In this document: piece by piece, positions 38,650 to 47,849 of the stretch
Position numbering within the stretch: the first letter of the stretch is position 1
Layout: each line of letters begins with the position of its first letter
NCBI GenBank assembly: GCA_965228475.1
Contig: OZ245817.1
Location: 3,360,001 to 3,424,000 of the forward strand
From: Myxococcota bacterium
GTDB lineage: Bacteria; Myxococcota_A; UBA9160; JAFDDA01
Direction of reading: 5' to 3'
Length of the DNA stretch: 64,000 bases
The notes under the pieces: generated by a model
What the model was told of the DNA's origin: nothing
Seen by the model: only the letters and a program-made list of their open reading frames with translations
The model's database searches: none
Program-made: the position numbers and the translations under genes

Positions 38650-39615
38650 TTGAAGCTCCGCGTCTTTGCCATCTTCCTCGCGATCGGCGTGACCATCGCG
38701 AGCTGGGGCACCCACTACATCGCCACCCAGTTCAAGGCCATGGCCGAGGACCTGCAGTGGCTCGAGCCGCGCGAGTTCGACGGACTGACCATCGTCACCG
38801 TCGGCACGGGCACGATCTACGAGAACCCGAACCGCCTCGGCCCGGCGACCCTGCTCGGCACCGGCACCCGCGCGGTGCTCGTCGACGCGGGGCGCGGCGT
38901 CGCCGAGGCGCTGCGCACAGCGCGCATTCCGCTCACCCAGCCCGATACGGTCTTCCTGACCCGGCTCTCCCCCGAGACGACGGTCGGCCTCGACGACCTC
39001 CTGCTCACCGGCTGGCTCAACTCCCGGGAGACGCCCCTGCGCCTCGTCGGCCCGCCGGGAACCCGCGCGCTCGCCGAGGGCCTCACCGCCGCCCACCGGG
39101 CCGGCGTCTCCGCGCGAGGCGCCTCCTTCGACCTGCCGGGCGCCGGCGCGACCTTCGAGGTCGTGGAGATCGCCGACGGGTGGAACGCGCAATCCGCGGG
39201 GCTCTCGGTGCGTGCGGCCGAGCTTCCGGGCGGACCGGCCCAGGCCTTCGCCTATCGCTTCGAGGCCGCCGGTCGCGCCGTCGTGGTCGGCACGTCGGGC
39301 TGGGGGCAGGAGCAGCTCGTCGCCCTCGCGAGCGGCGCGGACGCGCTCGTCCACGACGCCTACTGGAGTGGCTCCCTCGAGCAGGCGATCGAAGCGGGCG
39401 CCGACGACCCGGAACGCCTCCGCGTGGAGGCCACCTGGCTGACGCCCCTCGAAGAGGTCGGCGGCATCGCAACGCGCGCCGGCGTCGACTCCCTCGTGCT
39501 GACGCGGCTGCGCCCGCCGCCGCTCTACGACTTCATGTTCAGCCGGGTGGTCGACGAGTCCTACGACGGCCACGTGCTCGTCGCCGAAGACGGCGAGGAG
39601 CTCGTCCTCCCCTAG
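38650..39615 (+). CDS. Membrane-anchored MBL-fold (RNase Z/AtsA-like) protein with degenerate metal ligands
   Basis: VGTG, LVDAGRG, GPPGT, AYRF and ADALVHDA scaffold; THLHSDH replaced by TRLSPET. Confidence 0.8.
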   Translation: MKLRVFAIFLAIGVTIASWGTHYIATQFKAMAEDLQWLEPREFDGLTIVTVGTGTIYENPNRLGPATLLGTGTRAVLVDAGRGVAEALRTARIPLTQPDTVFLTRLSPETTVGLDDLLLTGWLNSRETPLRLVGPPGTRALAEGLTAAHRAGVSARGASFDLPGAGATFEVVEIADGWNAQSAGLSVRAAELPGGPAQAFAYRFEAAGRAVVVGTSGWGQEQLVALASGADALVHDAYWSGSLEQAIEAGADDPERLRVEATWLTPLEEVGGIATRAGVDSLVLTRLRPPPLYDFMFSRVVDESYDGHVLVAEDGEELVLP

Positions 39616-39630
39616 ATCGGGAACGCGGCC

Positions 39631-41046
39631 CTAGATCGGGAACTCGGGCGCCGTCGGGTCGAGCGGACCGCTCCGGGGCGGGCCCTGCGGCAGGCTCGGC
39701 GGGTCGGGGCGATCCTCACGCCGGCCGAGGAAGCGGTCGCGCTGGCCGCGGTAGTAGCCCTCCGTCGGGTCGAGCTGCATCGCCTCCTCGATCACCGCGA
39801 TCGCCTCCTCCGTCTGCCCGAGCTGGAAGAGCACCTCGGCCAGGGTGTCGAGGATGTTCGGCTGCCGGCGCGCGGTCTCGTCGACGGCGCGCTCGGCCAG
39901 GGAGAGCGCCGCGTCGAGCTCCTCCCCGCTCGGGTCTTCCCCGGTCGCCATCAACCAGGCGAGGTTGTTCAGCGCCTGGGGCGGGACGCGCTCGCGCTCG
40001 AGGAGGAGGTCCGCCTGCCGGATCAGGTCGGGCCCGCGGGCGTAGGTCTGCCCGACGTTCACGACGGCCAGCAGCACGACCGCGGCGGCCACGGCGTTGG
40101 CCGCGCGCAGGCGGCCCGAGACGGGCTCCCGGTACAGGCCCGCACGGCCGACCACGGCGCAGGTCGCGAACCCCGAGACGAAGCCGCCCACGTGGGCCCC
40201 GGTCGCGATGATCGGGAAGAACGCCCAGGCCACGATCTCGAGGGCCGCCTGGAGCGCGATCCCGGCCCAGATCACCGCACGCGGGAGCCGCCAGTGCGCC
40301 GGAAGCTCCCCGCCGTGGCGAAGCTCGAGGAAGACCAGCGCGCCGAAGACGCCCATCACGATGCCCGAGGCACCGACGGCCTGCTCGTACTGCACGAGCC
40401 ACCCGGCGCTCATGGCGCCGATTCCCGAGGTGAACAGGATCAACGCCGTGCGGGCCGTCCCGATCGTCCACTCGAGGAGCGCTCCGAGCGCGAGGAGGCC
40501 GAGGGCGTTCAAGACGAAGTGCACGGGAACGAACGGCACGGCGTGGAGCAGGTTCGCGGTGACGATCCGCCAGTACTCGCCGGCCGAGACCCAGGCCGTG
40601 CTGAACTCCCCCGCCGCCTCCCAGCGCCCGGGGTCCCAGAGCTGGAGGATCTGGACGAAGGCACACAGGGCGACGAGGCCCCAGGTCGCCCACTGCTTGC
40701 CCGCGAGGGCCGAGCGGCGATCGATCTCGTGCATGGCGGCGACGCGCGCCTCGCCCCCCGGCGCCGCGGCGACCCGGCGCGCCAGCTCGCCGACGAAGGC
40801 CTCGGCCTCTTCGGGGCGGCGGAAGGCGCTGCGGTTCAGGATGTAGACGGAGCTGCGGCTGCCGATCCGGATGCTGCGGCCGGAGACGGCCACGTGCGTG
40901 ACGTCCTCGTAGCGGGTGACGACGGGGTCGAGCCGCTCGAGGGCCGCGGGGTGCCGGAAGCCGGTCTCGCTGAACACGAGCCGTTCTCCCTCCCGGAGGG
41001 AGAACTCGACGGTCTCGCGCGGAGAAGGTCCGAAATCCGACGTCAC
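39631..41046 (-). CDS. Rhomboid intramembrane serine protease with C-terminal TPR
   Basis: WRIVTANLLH, HFVLN, GASG (Ser), AHVGG (His); LNNLAW...LDTLAEV TPR. Confidence 0.9.
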   Translation of the reverse strand: MTSDFGPSPRETVEFSLREGERLVFSETGFRHPAALERLDPVVTRYEDVTHVAVSGRSIRIGSRSSVYILNRSAFRRPEEAEAFVGELARRVAAAPGGEARVAAMHEIDRRSALAGKQWATWGLVALCAFVQILQLWDPGRWEAAGEFSTAWVSAGEYWRIVTANLLHAVPFVPVHFVLNALGLLALGALLEWTIGTARTALILFTSGIGAMSAGWLVQYEQAVGASGIVMGVFGALVFLELRHGGELPAHWRLPRAVIWAGIALQAALEIVAWAFFPIIATGAHVGGFVSGFATCAVVGRAGLYREPVSGRLRAANAVAAAVVLLAVVNVGQTYARGPDLIRQADLLLERERVPPQALNNLAWLMATGEDPSGEELDAALSLAERAVDETARRQPNILDTLAEVLFQLGQTEEAIAVIEEAMQLDPTEGYYRGQRDRFLGRREDRPDPPSLPQGPPRSGPLDPTAPEFPI

Positions 41047-41085
41047 GCTTCGACGGTAGCGCGCCCCGGCGCGGCGTCCCGTCCG

Positions 41086-42351
41086 CTAGGAGCGCTCGGG
41101 CAGTGCGATCGAGGGGAAGACCCGCGAGTAGTAGAGGTAGACCAGGCCGAACGCGCCCACGAAGCCCAGGGCCACGCCGATCTGGATCGCCCCGAACCAC
41201 GAACCGCCCTGCCCCGGCGCCAGCGAGGGCCAGACCAGCACGTTCTGGAGCAGCCACTGTCCGAAGAGCAGGATCGCCGCCACGGTGCCGAGGATCTGCG
41301 GGGTCTTCTTCGCGGCCTGACCGAGCAGCACGACGAAGGGAATGATCCAGCAGCAGGCCCAGGTGGCGAGGCTCAGCTTCACGTAGGGCTCGGAGATCCG
41401 GTCCCAGACGAAGTAGCGCGTGTCCTGGAGGAACTGCGAACCGAGGCGGTCCTTCAGGAAGAACGTCTCCTCGGGCATGTTGCCGTACCAGATCACCAGG
41501 TACTGGGCGAAGAACAGGTACATCCAGAAGATCGAGAAGGCGAAGATCATCTTCCCGAGGTCGTGCAGCCGATCCTTCGTGACCGCCCCTTCGAACCCCG
41601 GCGAGTTGCGCACCAGCACCGTGATGAGCGTCGTCGCACAGACCGCGGAGAGGAACCCGCCCCAGGACCACCAGGCCGGGAACAGGTTCGAGAACCACGT
41701 CGGGGACAGCGACATGACCTGGTCGATGCCGATGAAGGAGTAGCCGAAGGCGAACAGGAGGCAGACGATCGGCGCGAGCACCCGCAGGCGGTCGGCGGTG
41801 GCGGCCTGCTCTTCCTCGTCGCCGCGCCAGCCGGAGGTCCAGCTCGCGAACATCCCGCCCCGGCTCTCGGCGCTCTTCAGCACCGGGCGGAGCGAGCTGC
41901 GCAGGAAGATCATGGTCACGATCGTCATCACCGCGAGGATCGCGAGGTCCATCACGTAGAGACGCCCGATGCTCAGGTAGGCCGCCTTCGCGGGCGGCGG
42001 ACCGTCGATCCAGGTCGTGTAGATGTGCTCCCGGCCGAAGAACTGCACGCAGGCGAGCACGAAGGTGATCGGCACCCAGGCCGCGAGGCCCTCGGCGATG
42101 CGGCGGATCGGCCCGGGCCAGCGGGCGCCCACGATCACGAAGATCGCGGCGATCACGAGGCCGCCCTGGGAGAGGCCGGCGAAGTACAGGAAGTTCACGT
42201 GGAAGGCGCGCCAGGCGGTCTCCGCGTCGCTCGCGAGGCCGCCGAGGAAGGCGAGAACGCCCACGGCCGCCAGGCCGGCGAAGACCATCGTGAGCGGCTG
42301 CGGCAGGTCCCGCGGCTGGGCCTGCTCGAGGGTGGGTGCATGCGCGCTCAC
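41086..42351 (-). CDS. actF: Alternative complex III subunit ActF
   Basis: Polytopic NrfD-like protein with DQVMSLSPTWFS, HDLGK, QYLVIWYGNMPEE; last gene of the operon. Confidence 0.88.
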   Translation of the reverse strand: MSAHAPTLEQAQPRDLPQPLTMVFAGLAAVGVLAFLGGLASDAETAWRAFHVNFLYFAGLSQGGLVIAAIFVIVGARWPGPIRRIAEGLAAWVPITFVLACVQFFGREHIYTTWIDGPPPAKAAYLSIGRLYVMDLAILAVMTIVTMIFLRSSLRPVLKSAESRGGMFASWTSGWRGDEEEQAATADRLRVLAPIVCLLFAFGYSFIGIDQVMSLSPTWFSNLFPAWWSWGGFLSAVCATTLITVLVRNSPGFEGAVTKDRLHDLGKMIFAFSIFWMYLFFAQYLVIWYGNMPEETFFLKDRLGSQFLQDTRYFVWDRISEPYVKLSLATWACCWIIPFVVLLGQAAKKTPQILGTVAAILLFGQWLLQNVLVWPSLAPGQGGSWFGAIQIGVALGFVGAFGLVYLYYSRVFPSIALPERS

Positions 42352-42929
42352 AGCTGGCCTCCCATGGCATCGAGGAACCGCACGTAGTTCACGATGTCCC
42401 AGCGGTCCTGCTCGGGGATGCGGCCGTAGCCGGGCATTCGCAGGCCGGGCTGACCGCCGCCCCCGATGCGGATCACGTTGTAGATGTACCCGTCGCTGCG
42501 GCCGGTGGTGAGGCCGACGAGCGGGAAGACGCCGGCGAAGGGGCCGGCCTTGGCGCCGGCGAGGCTCACCGGGCCGTCGCCCATGCCGCCCGCGCCGTGG
42601 CAGGTCGCGCAGTAGATGTCGTACTGAACGCGGCCGTTCTCGAGGGAGCGGTAGTCCTTCGGATCGCGCGGGTTCACCAGGGCATCGGCGGCCGCGAGAT
42701 CCATGCGGGCGACGTCCTTCTGGCGGCCGCTGACCGGGACGGTGCCCTCGGCCGGGGCGAAGCCCACGACCTGGCCCTCGTGCTCGACGGACTCGAAGGC
42801 CTGCACGGCCTTCTGCCACTTCATCTGCGGGAACCAGTCCTCGCTCCACTGCTCCCAGCAGCCGGTGGTCGTCACGAGGATGAAGACCGTCGCGACGATG
42901 CCGCGCAGGGGGGTGCCGAGACTACGCAT
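42348..42929 (-). CDS. actE: Alternative complex III monoheme cytochrome c lipoprotein ActE
   Basis: Lipobox TTGC, single CATCH, MPGY distal Met, DRWDIVNYVR. Confidence 0.88.
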   Translation of the reverse strand: MRSLGTPLRGIVATVFILVTTTGCWEQWSEDWFPQMKWQKAVQAFESVEHEGQVVGFAPAEGTVPVSGRQKDVARMDLAAADALVNPRDPKDYRSLENGRVQYDIYCATCHGAGGMGDGPVSLAGAKAGPFAGVFPLVGLTTGRSDGYIYNVIRIGGGGQPGLRMPGYGRIPEQDRWDIVNYVRFLDAMGGQL

Positions 42930-43434
42930 CGACAAGGGTCACCTCCTTCGCGGAGTGGGCGCGTAGGAGCGAATCGACCTCGGCGACGTCGCGATCCCCG
43001 CAGCCGACGACGAGCCCGAACTCCTCGGCGGAGAAGCGCGCGTCGTAGCCCGGATCGTGGGTGCCGGGGGTGCCCTTGGGCAGGCCGCCGACGATGAACA
43101 GGCCGAGCGCCGTCAGGAGGCCGCCGAAGAGGATGGTCAGCTCGAAGGCGATGATGATGTAGGGCGGGATCGAGGAGAAGGGCTTGCCGCCGACGATGAT
43201 CTGCCAGTCGTTCGACATCCAGATCGTGAGCAGGAAGCCCGTGAACGCGCCGAGCAGGCCGCCGATCAGGGTGAACACCCGAACGCCCGACGGCTTCTCC
43301 TTGATCGCGTCGTCGATCTCCGCGAACGGCGCCGGCGAGAAGACTTCGAGCTCGCCGAAGCCGCGGTGCCGGAGCTTGGTCGCGACGTCGGCGACGTCAC
43401 CGGGTGCGTCGAATACGCCGAGGACGGTCGGCAT
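42922..43434 (-). CDS. actD: Alternative complex III subunit ActD (DUF3341)
   Basis: EVFSPAP, VGGKP, AFELTILFG; TGATG overlap with actC. Confidence 0.9.
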   Translation of the reverse strand: MPTVLGVFDAPGDVADVATKLRHRGFGELEVFSPAPFAEIDDAIKEKPSGVRVFTLIGGLLGAFTGFLLTIWMSNDWQIIVGGKPFSSIPPYIIIAFELTILFGGLLTALGLFIVGGLPKGTPGTHDPGYDARFSAEEFGLVVGCGDRDVAEVDSLLRAHSAKEVTLVDA

Positions 43435-44789
43435 CAGTGCGCCCCCCCGTGGGTCTTTTCGTGAATCTCGAGCTCCTTCACCTCGGCGATGGCGATCACC
43501 GGGAAGAGCTTGATGAAGAGCAGGAAGGCGAAGCCGAAGAGGCCGAAGCTGCCTGCCAGGACGATCAGCTCGGGGATGCTGGGCGTGTAGATGCCCCAGA
43601 CGCTCGGCACGTATTCCCGCGAGAGGCTCGTGATGATGATGACGTACCGCTCGAACCACATGCCGATGTTCACGAACACGCTCACCACGAACAGGATCGG
43701 GATGCTCTGTCTCGCCCACTTGAACCAGAAGATTTGTGGGATCAAGACGTTCGGGATGATCATGCTCCATGTACTGAGCCAGTAGGGCCCGAAGGCGCGC
43801 AGCCAGAAGGAACTCTGCTCCGCCTCGACGCCGGAGTACCAGGCGATGAAGTACTCCATCCCGTAGCTGTACCCGACGATCAGCGACGTCAGCAGGATGA
43901 AGCGGGCCATCATGTCGAAGTGGTAGAGCGTGAGGTAGCGCTCGAGGCCGTAGATCCGGCGGACCGGGATCAGCACCGTCAGCACCATCGCGAAGCCCGA
44001 GAAGATGGCGCCGGCGACGAAGTACGGAGCGAAGATCGTCGCGTGCCAGCCGGGCACGATGGACATGGCGAAGTCCCAGGAAACCACCGAGTGCACCGAG
44101 AGCACGAGGGGCGTGGCGAGACCCGAGAGGTGGAGCGTGGTGCGGCTGTGCGCCTTCCACTGCTGCGCCGTGCCCTGCCAGCCGAGGGCCAGCATCGTGT
44201 AGAGGGGCTTTCGCCAGCCGGTGGCGCGGTCCCGCGCGATCGCGAGGTCCGGGATCATGCCGACGAAGAGGAACACCGCGGAGATCGTCCCGTAGGTCGA
44301 GATCGCGAAGGTGTCCCACATGAGCGGGCTCTTGAAGTTCACCCAGAGCCCGCGCTGATTCGGATACGGCAGGATGAAGTAGGACTTCCAGACGCGGCCG
44401 ACGTGGATGCCGAGGAACTGCATCGCCGTGATGACCGCGATCACCGTCATCGCTTCCGCGCTGCGGTTGATGGCGTTGCGCCACTTCGCGCGGAAGAGGT
44501 AGAGGATCGCCGAAATCAGCGTTCCGGCGTGGGCGATGCCGACCCAGAACACGAAGGTGACGATGTAGACGCCCCAGAAGATCGGCTGGGTGTAGCCCGC
44601 GATCCCGAGGCCCTTGTAGACCTGGTAGAAGACCGTCACGACCGCGGCGTTCAACACCAGGAACGTGATCGCCACGAGAGCCACCCACCCGAGAGTGGTG
44701 TTCTCCATCACGCGCAGGATGTCGCGGTTCGCGCGGCTGTCGCTGCTGGCGGGCGGGCTTGCGGAAGTCGTCATGTCGGCGGCAGCCAT
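43434..44789 (-). CDS. actC: Alternative complex III quinol-binding subunit ActC (NrfD/PsrC family)
   Basis: FVFWVGIAHAGTLISAIL, INRSAEAMT, SPLMWD, PLVLSVHSVVSWDFA, GMWFER. Confidence 0.95.
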   Translation of the reverse strand: MAAADMTTSASPPASSDSRANRDILRVMENTTLGWVALVAITFLVLNAAVVTVFYQVYKGLGIAGYTQPIFWGVYIVTFVFWVGIAHAGTLISAILYLFRAKWRNAINRSAEAMTVIAVITAMQFLGIHVGRVWKSYFILPYPNQRGLWVNFKSPLMWDTFAISTYGTISAVFLFVGMIPDLAIARDRATGWRKPLYTMLALGWQGTAQQWKAHSRTTLHLSGLATPLVLSVHSVVSWDFAMSIVPGWHATIFAPYFVAGAIFSGFAMVLTVLIPVRRIYGLERYLTLYHFDMMARFILLTSLIVGYSYGMEYFIAWYSGVEAEQSSFWLRAFGPYWLSTWSMIIPNVLIPQIFWFKWARQSIPILFVVSVFVNIGMWFERYVIIITSLSREYVPSVWGIYTPSIPELIVLAGSFGLFGFAFLLFIKLFPVIAIAEVKELEIHEKTHGGAH

Positions 44790-44792
44790 CGG

Positions 44793-47700
44793 TTAACCCT
44801 CGACCTTTCCGCGATCGACCTGCGCCAGGTAGGTGACGGCGGGCCGGGTGTTGAGCTGGTGCAGCGAGATGTAGCCGCGCACCGGGTCGTCCCCGAGCTT
44901 GGAAACCTCACTGCTGGGGTCCTTCAGGTTGCCGAAGGCGATGGCGCCGGAGCCGCAGGCCTGCTGGCACGCGGTCTGGACTTCGCCGTCGGCGATCAGC
45001 CGGCCCTCGTCCTTCGCTCCCTGGCGGGCATCCTGGATGCGCTGCACGCAGAACGTGCACTTCTCCATGACGCCCTGGCCGCGGACGGTGACGTCCGGGT
45101 TCAGCATCAGGGGCATCGGATCCGGCCAGGTCTCGATCTGGTAGTCGTAGTAGTTGAAGCGGCGGACCTTGTAAGAGCAGTTGTTGGCGCAATACCGCGT
45201 GCCGATGCAGCGGTTGTACACCATGCCGTTCAGGCCCTCTTCGTTGTGGTACGTCGCGAAGACCGGGCAGACGGGCTCGCAGGGCGCCGCACCACACTGC
45301 TGGCAGAGCATCGGTGAGTGGCGCACGTCGCTTTCGCCGAGCACCTCGTTGCTCTTGATCGAGGGGCGGCCGGCCACGAGAGTGGGCTCGCCGTCGCCGA
45401 TGTAGCGCTCGATGCGAATCCAGGGCATCTCGCGTCCGAGTGCCGTCTGGCGCTCGCCGACGATCGGAATGTTGTTCTCGATGAAGCAGGCCGTGACGCA
45501 GTCACTGCAGCCGGTGCAGCGATCGAGATCGACGGTCATTCCCCAGCGATAGTCTTCGCTCTCCGAGTCGTTCGCCGGGTCGAAGGGGGCGTAGAGATGC
45601 GGGTCGGGCTTCTCGCCTCCTGCGCCGGCACCGCCGCGGAAGACGCCGTCGGCATCGGCCGCATGCTCGTCGTGGTGGCCGTCGGAGGCCGGCCCGTGAT
45701 CGTCCGGGTAGGCGGCGCCCTTCTCTCCGGAAGCGAGGGCGACGAGCGAGATCTGCTGACCCAGCAGCCGGCCGCGCTTGTTGTCGTTGGTCTGCCACAT
45801 CGGCATCTTGCGGAAGCCGCCGGTCGCGCTGACCTTGGCTCGCACCGTCAGGTAGGCAGGCCCACCGTTCTCGTCGGCGCGCGCGGGAAGCAGATCGAGC
45901 ACGTTCACGCCGCGGGCTTCGCCGTCCTGGCCGTCCATCGCGGCCGAGGCGTACCAGCCGACGGTCTGGCCTCGGCCCATCGCGATGGCCACGACGTCCT
46001 TGCGAACGCCGCCGCGCGGGACGACGGGAACCTCCACACGGCCAGCCGGCGTCTCGACGGCGACGACGTCGCCGTGTTCGACGCCGAGCTTCTCGGCCGT
46101 CTCGTTGTGGATCTCCGCCCAGGAGATCCAAGCGACCTTGGTGACCGGGTCTGCGACTTCCTGCAGCCAGGGCAGGTTCGCGCCGCGCCCATCCCCCAGT
46201 AGCGGGTGCGGGTGCGCGAAGAGCACGAGCTCGCCGTCGCCTTCGAGGGGCGGCTCGCCCGCCTCGAGGCTGCCGGCGCCTGCGGCGAGGGGGCGGCCTC
46301 CGCCGTTGCCCGCGTCCGTGAAGACGCCACCCGCCTGGAGGGCGGCGTGGAAGTCGGTATCGGCCCAGGCTTCGGCGAGAACTTCGCGGAACGAGCCGGC
46401 CGGGAGCGAAGCGCCGAGCGTGCGGCCCGTCTCGAGCAGCACGTCCTCGAGAGCCTTCGTGTCGTAGATCGGCGCCACGGCAGGCTGCACCACCGAGCGA
46501 ACGCCGTCGCGCGGAGCGCGGTCGCCCCAGCTCTCGAGGGGCGAGTGGTCGGGCAGCACGAGGTTCGCCGCCGCCGAGGTCTCGTCCGCCATGGAGGCGA
46601 AGGACACGACGAAGGGCACCTTCGCGAGCGCGTTCTGGAAGCCGAGCTCGGCCGGGAGGCCGTGCAGCGGGTTGGCGTCGTGCACCAGGAGGACCGAGAC
46701 GCGGCCGGCCTTCATGGCGTCGATCAGGGTCGAAAGTTCCCGGTGGCTCGCCGCGGCGCCCGCATCGGCCGGGACGTGCATCGTCTTGCCCTGGGCCCCG
46801 GCGACGTGGTTCAGCAGCAGCACGGCAGCGGAGTTCGCGACCGCGCGACGGGTGGCGAGACCGACCCCGGGCGGAAGCGCCGCAGGCGCCTTCGCCTTGG
46901 CCACGGCGCGGCCGAGCCGGATGATCGTCTGCGCGTCCACGCCGGTCTTCTCGGCGGCGCTCTGGGCGTCGTACTTGGCGAGCGCCGTCAGCGCTTCGCC
47001 GCCCGCACCGGCCTCGACCGCCGCGCGCGCGATGGCGAGGGCCAGGATGCCCTCGGTGCCGGGCCTGGCCGGGATCCACTCGTCGGCGTTCGAGCCGGTC
47101 TGCGAAAGCCGCGGACCGACGTAGACGAAGCGGGCACCGCCGTCGCCGTGCTCGCGCACCGAGCGCGCTTCCGCGAGCTGGCGGCTGTGCTCGACGCTCG
47201 AGCCCTGCTCGAGGAAGTCGCTGCCGAAGTCGATGACCAGGTCGGCCTGGGAGAGGTCGAAGCGCGGCGCGCTCGCGACGCCGAAGACCTGGCGCGTCGC
47301 CGCGCGCAGGGCCTCGCCACCGGCCGGATCGTAGAGAACGCGGCCGCCAGCGCCGGTGCCGGAGACGAATCCGTCGACGACCGAATCCGCGGTCGGTCCG
47401 CGGGAGCGGCCGAGCACGTACACGCCGGCCGGGTTCGCGCGCACCTTCTCGGCGAGCGTCGCGAGACCCTTCTCCCAGGTGATGACCTCGCCGTCCATCT
47501 GCGGCGCCTTGTATCGGTCCGGGCTGTAGGTCCGGCCGATCGAGGCCTGGCCGCGCGAGCACAGTGCGCCCTCGTTGACCGGATGCTCCGGGTTGCCCTC
47601 GAGCTTGATCGGACGGCCTTCGCGCGTCTTCACGTGCAGGCCGCAGGCGGCCTCACACTCGGTACACGTCGAGGCGTAGTAGAGCGGAACGCCCGGCGTG

Positions 47701-47834
47701 ATCTCCTCCGGCTGCACGACGTAGGGGATCAGCTTCTGGGGGATCTCCGAGTAGCGGTAGCAACCCGTCGCGACGGCCCCCGCCGCAGCGGAGCCAGTCA
47801 CCTTCAGAAAGCTTCGTCGATTCAAGTCCGGCAT
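44793..47834 (-). CDS. actB: Alternative complex III subunit ActB (molybdopterin-oxidoreductase-like plus Fe-S fusion)
   Basis: Tat motif NRRSFLK with lipobox ATGC; GRPIKLEGNPEHP; CTGCSDCVTAC, CQQC..PCEPVC, CIGTRYCANNC, KCTFC. Confidence 0.93.
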   Translation of the reverse strand: MPDLNRRSFLKVTGSAAAGAVATGCYRYSEIPQKLIPYVVQPEEITPGVPLYYASTCTECEAACGLHVKTREGRPIKLEGNPEHPVNEGALCSRGQASIGRTYSPDRYKAPQMDGEVITWEKGLATLAEKVRANPAGVYVLGRSRGPTADSVVDGFVSGTGAGGRVLYDPAGGEALRAATRQVFGVASAPRFDLSQADLVIDFGSDFLEQGSSVEHSRQLAEARSVREHGDGGARFVYVGPRLSQTGSNADEWIPARPGTEGILALAIARAAVEAGAGGEALTALAKYDAQSAAEKTGVDAQTIIRLGRAVAKAKAPAALPPGVGLATRRAVANSAAVLLLNHVAGAQGKTMHVPADAGAAASHRELSTLIDAMKAGRVSVLLVHDANPLHGLPAELGFQNALAKVPFVVSFASMADETSAAANLVLPDHSPLESWGDRAPRDGVRSVVQPAVAPIYDTKALEDVLLETGRTLGASLPAGSFREVLAEAWADTDFHAALQAGGVFTDAGNGGGRPLAAGAGSLEAGEPPLEGDGELVLFAHPHPLLGDGRGANLPWLQEVADPVTKVAWISWAEIHNETAEKLGVEHGDVVAVETPAGRVEVPVVPRGGVRKDVVAIAMGRGQTVGWYASAAMDGQDGEARGVNVLDLLPARADENGGPAYLTVRAKVSATGGFRKMPMWQTNDNKRGRLLGQQISLVALASGEKGAAYPDDHGPASDGHHDEHAADADGVFRGGAGAGGEKPDPHLYAPFDPANDSESEDYRWGMTVDLDRCTGCSDCVTACFIENNIPIVGERQTALGREMPWIRIERYIGDGEPTLVAGRPSIKSNEVLGESDVRHSPMLCQQCGAAPCEPVCPVFATYHNEEGLNGMVYNRCIGTRYCANNCSYKVRRFNYYDYQIETWPDPMPLMLNPDVTVRGQGVMEKCTFCVQRIQDARQGAKDEGRLIADGEVQTACQQACGSGAIAFGNLKDPSSEVSKLGDDPVRGYISLHQLNTRPAVTYLAQVDRGKVEG

Positions 47835-47849
47835 TGAGTCGTCCCGTGC

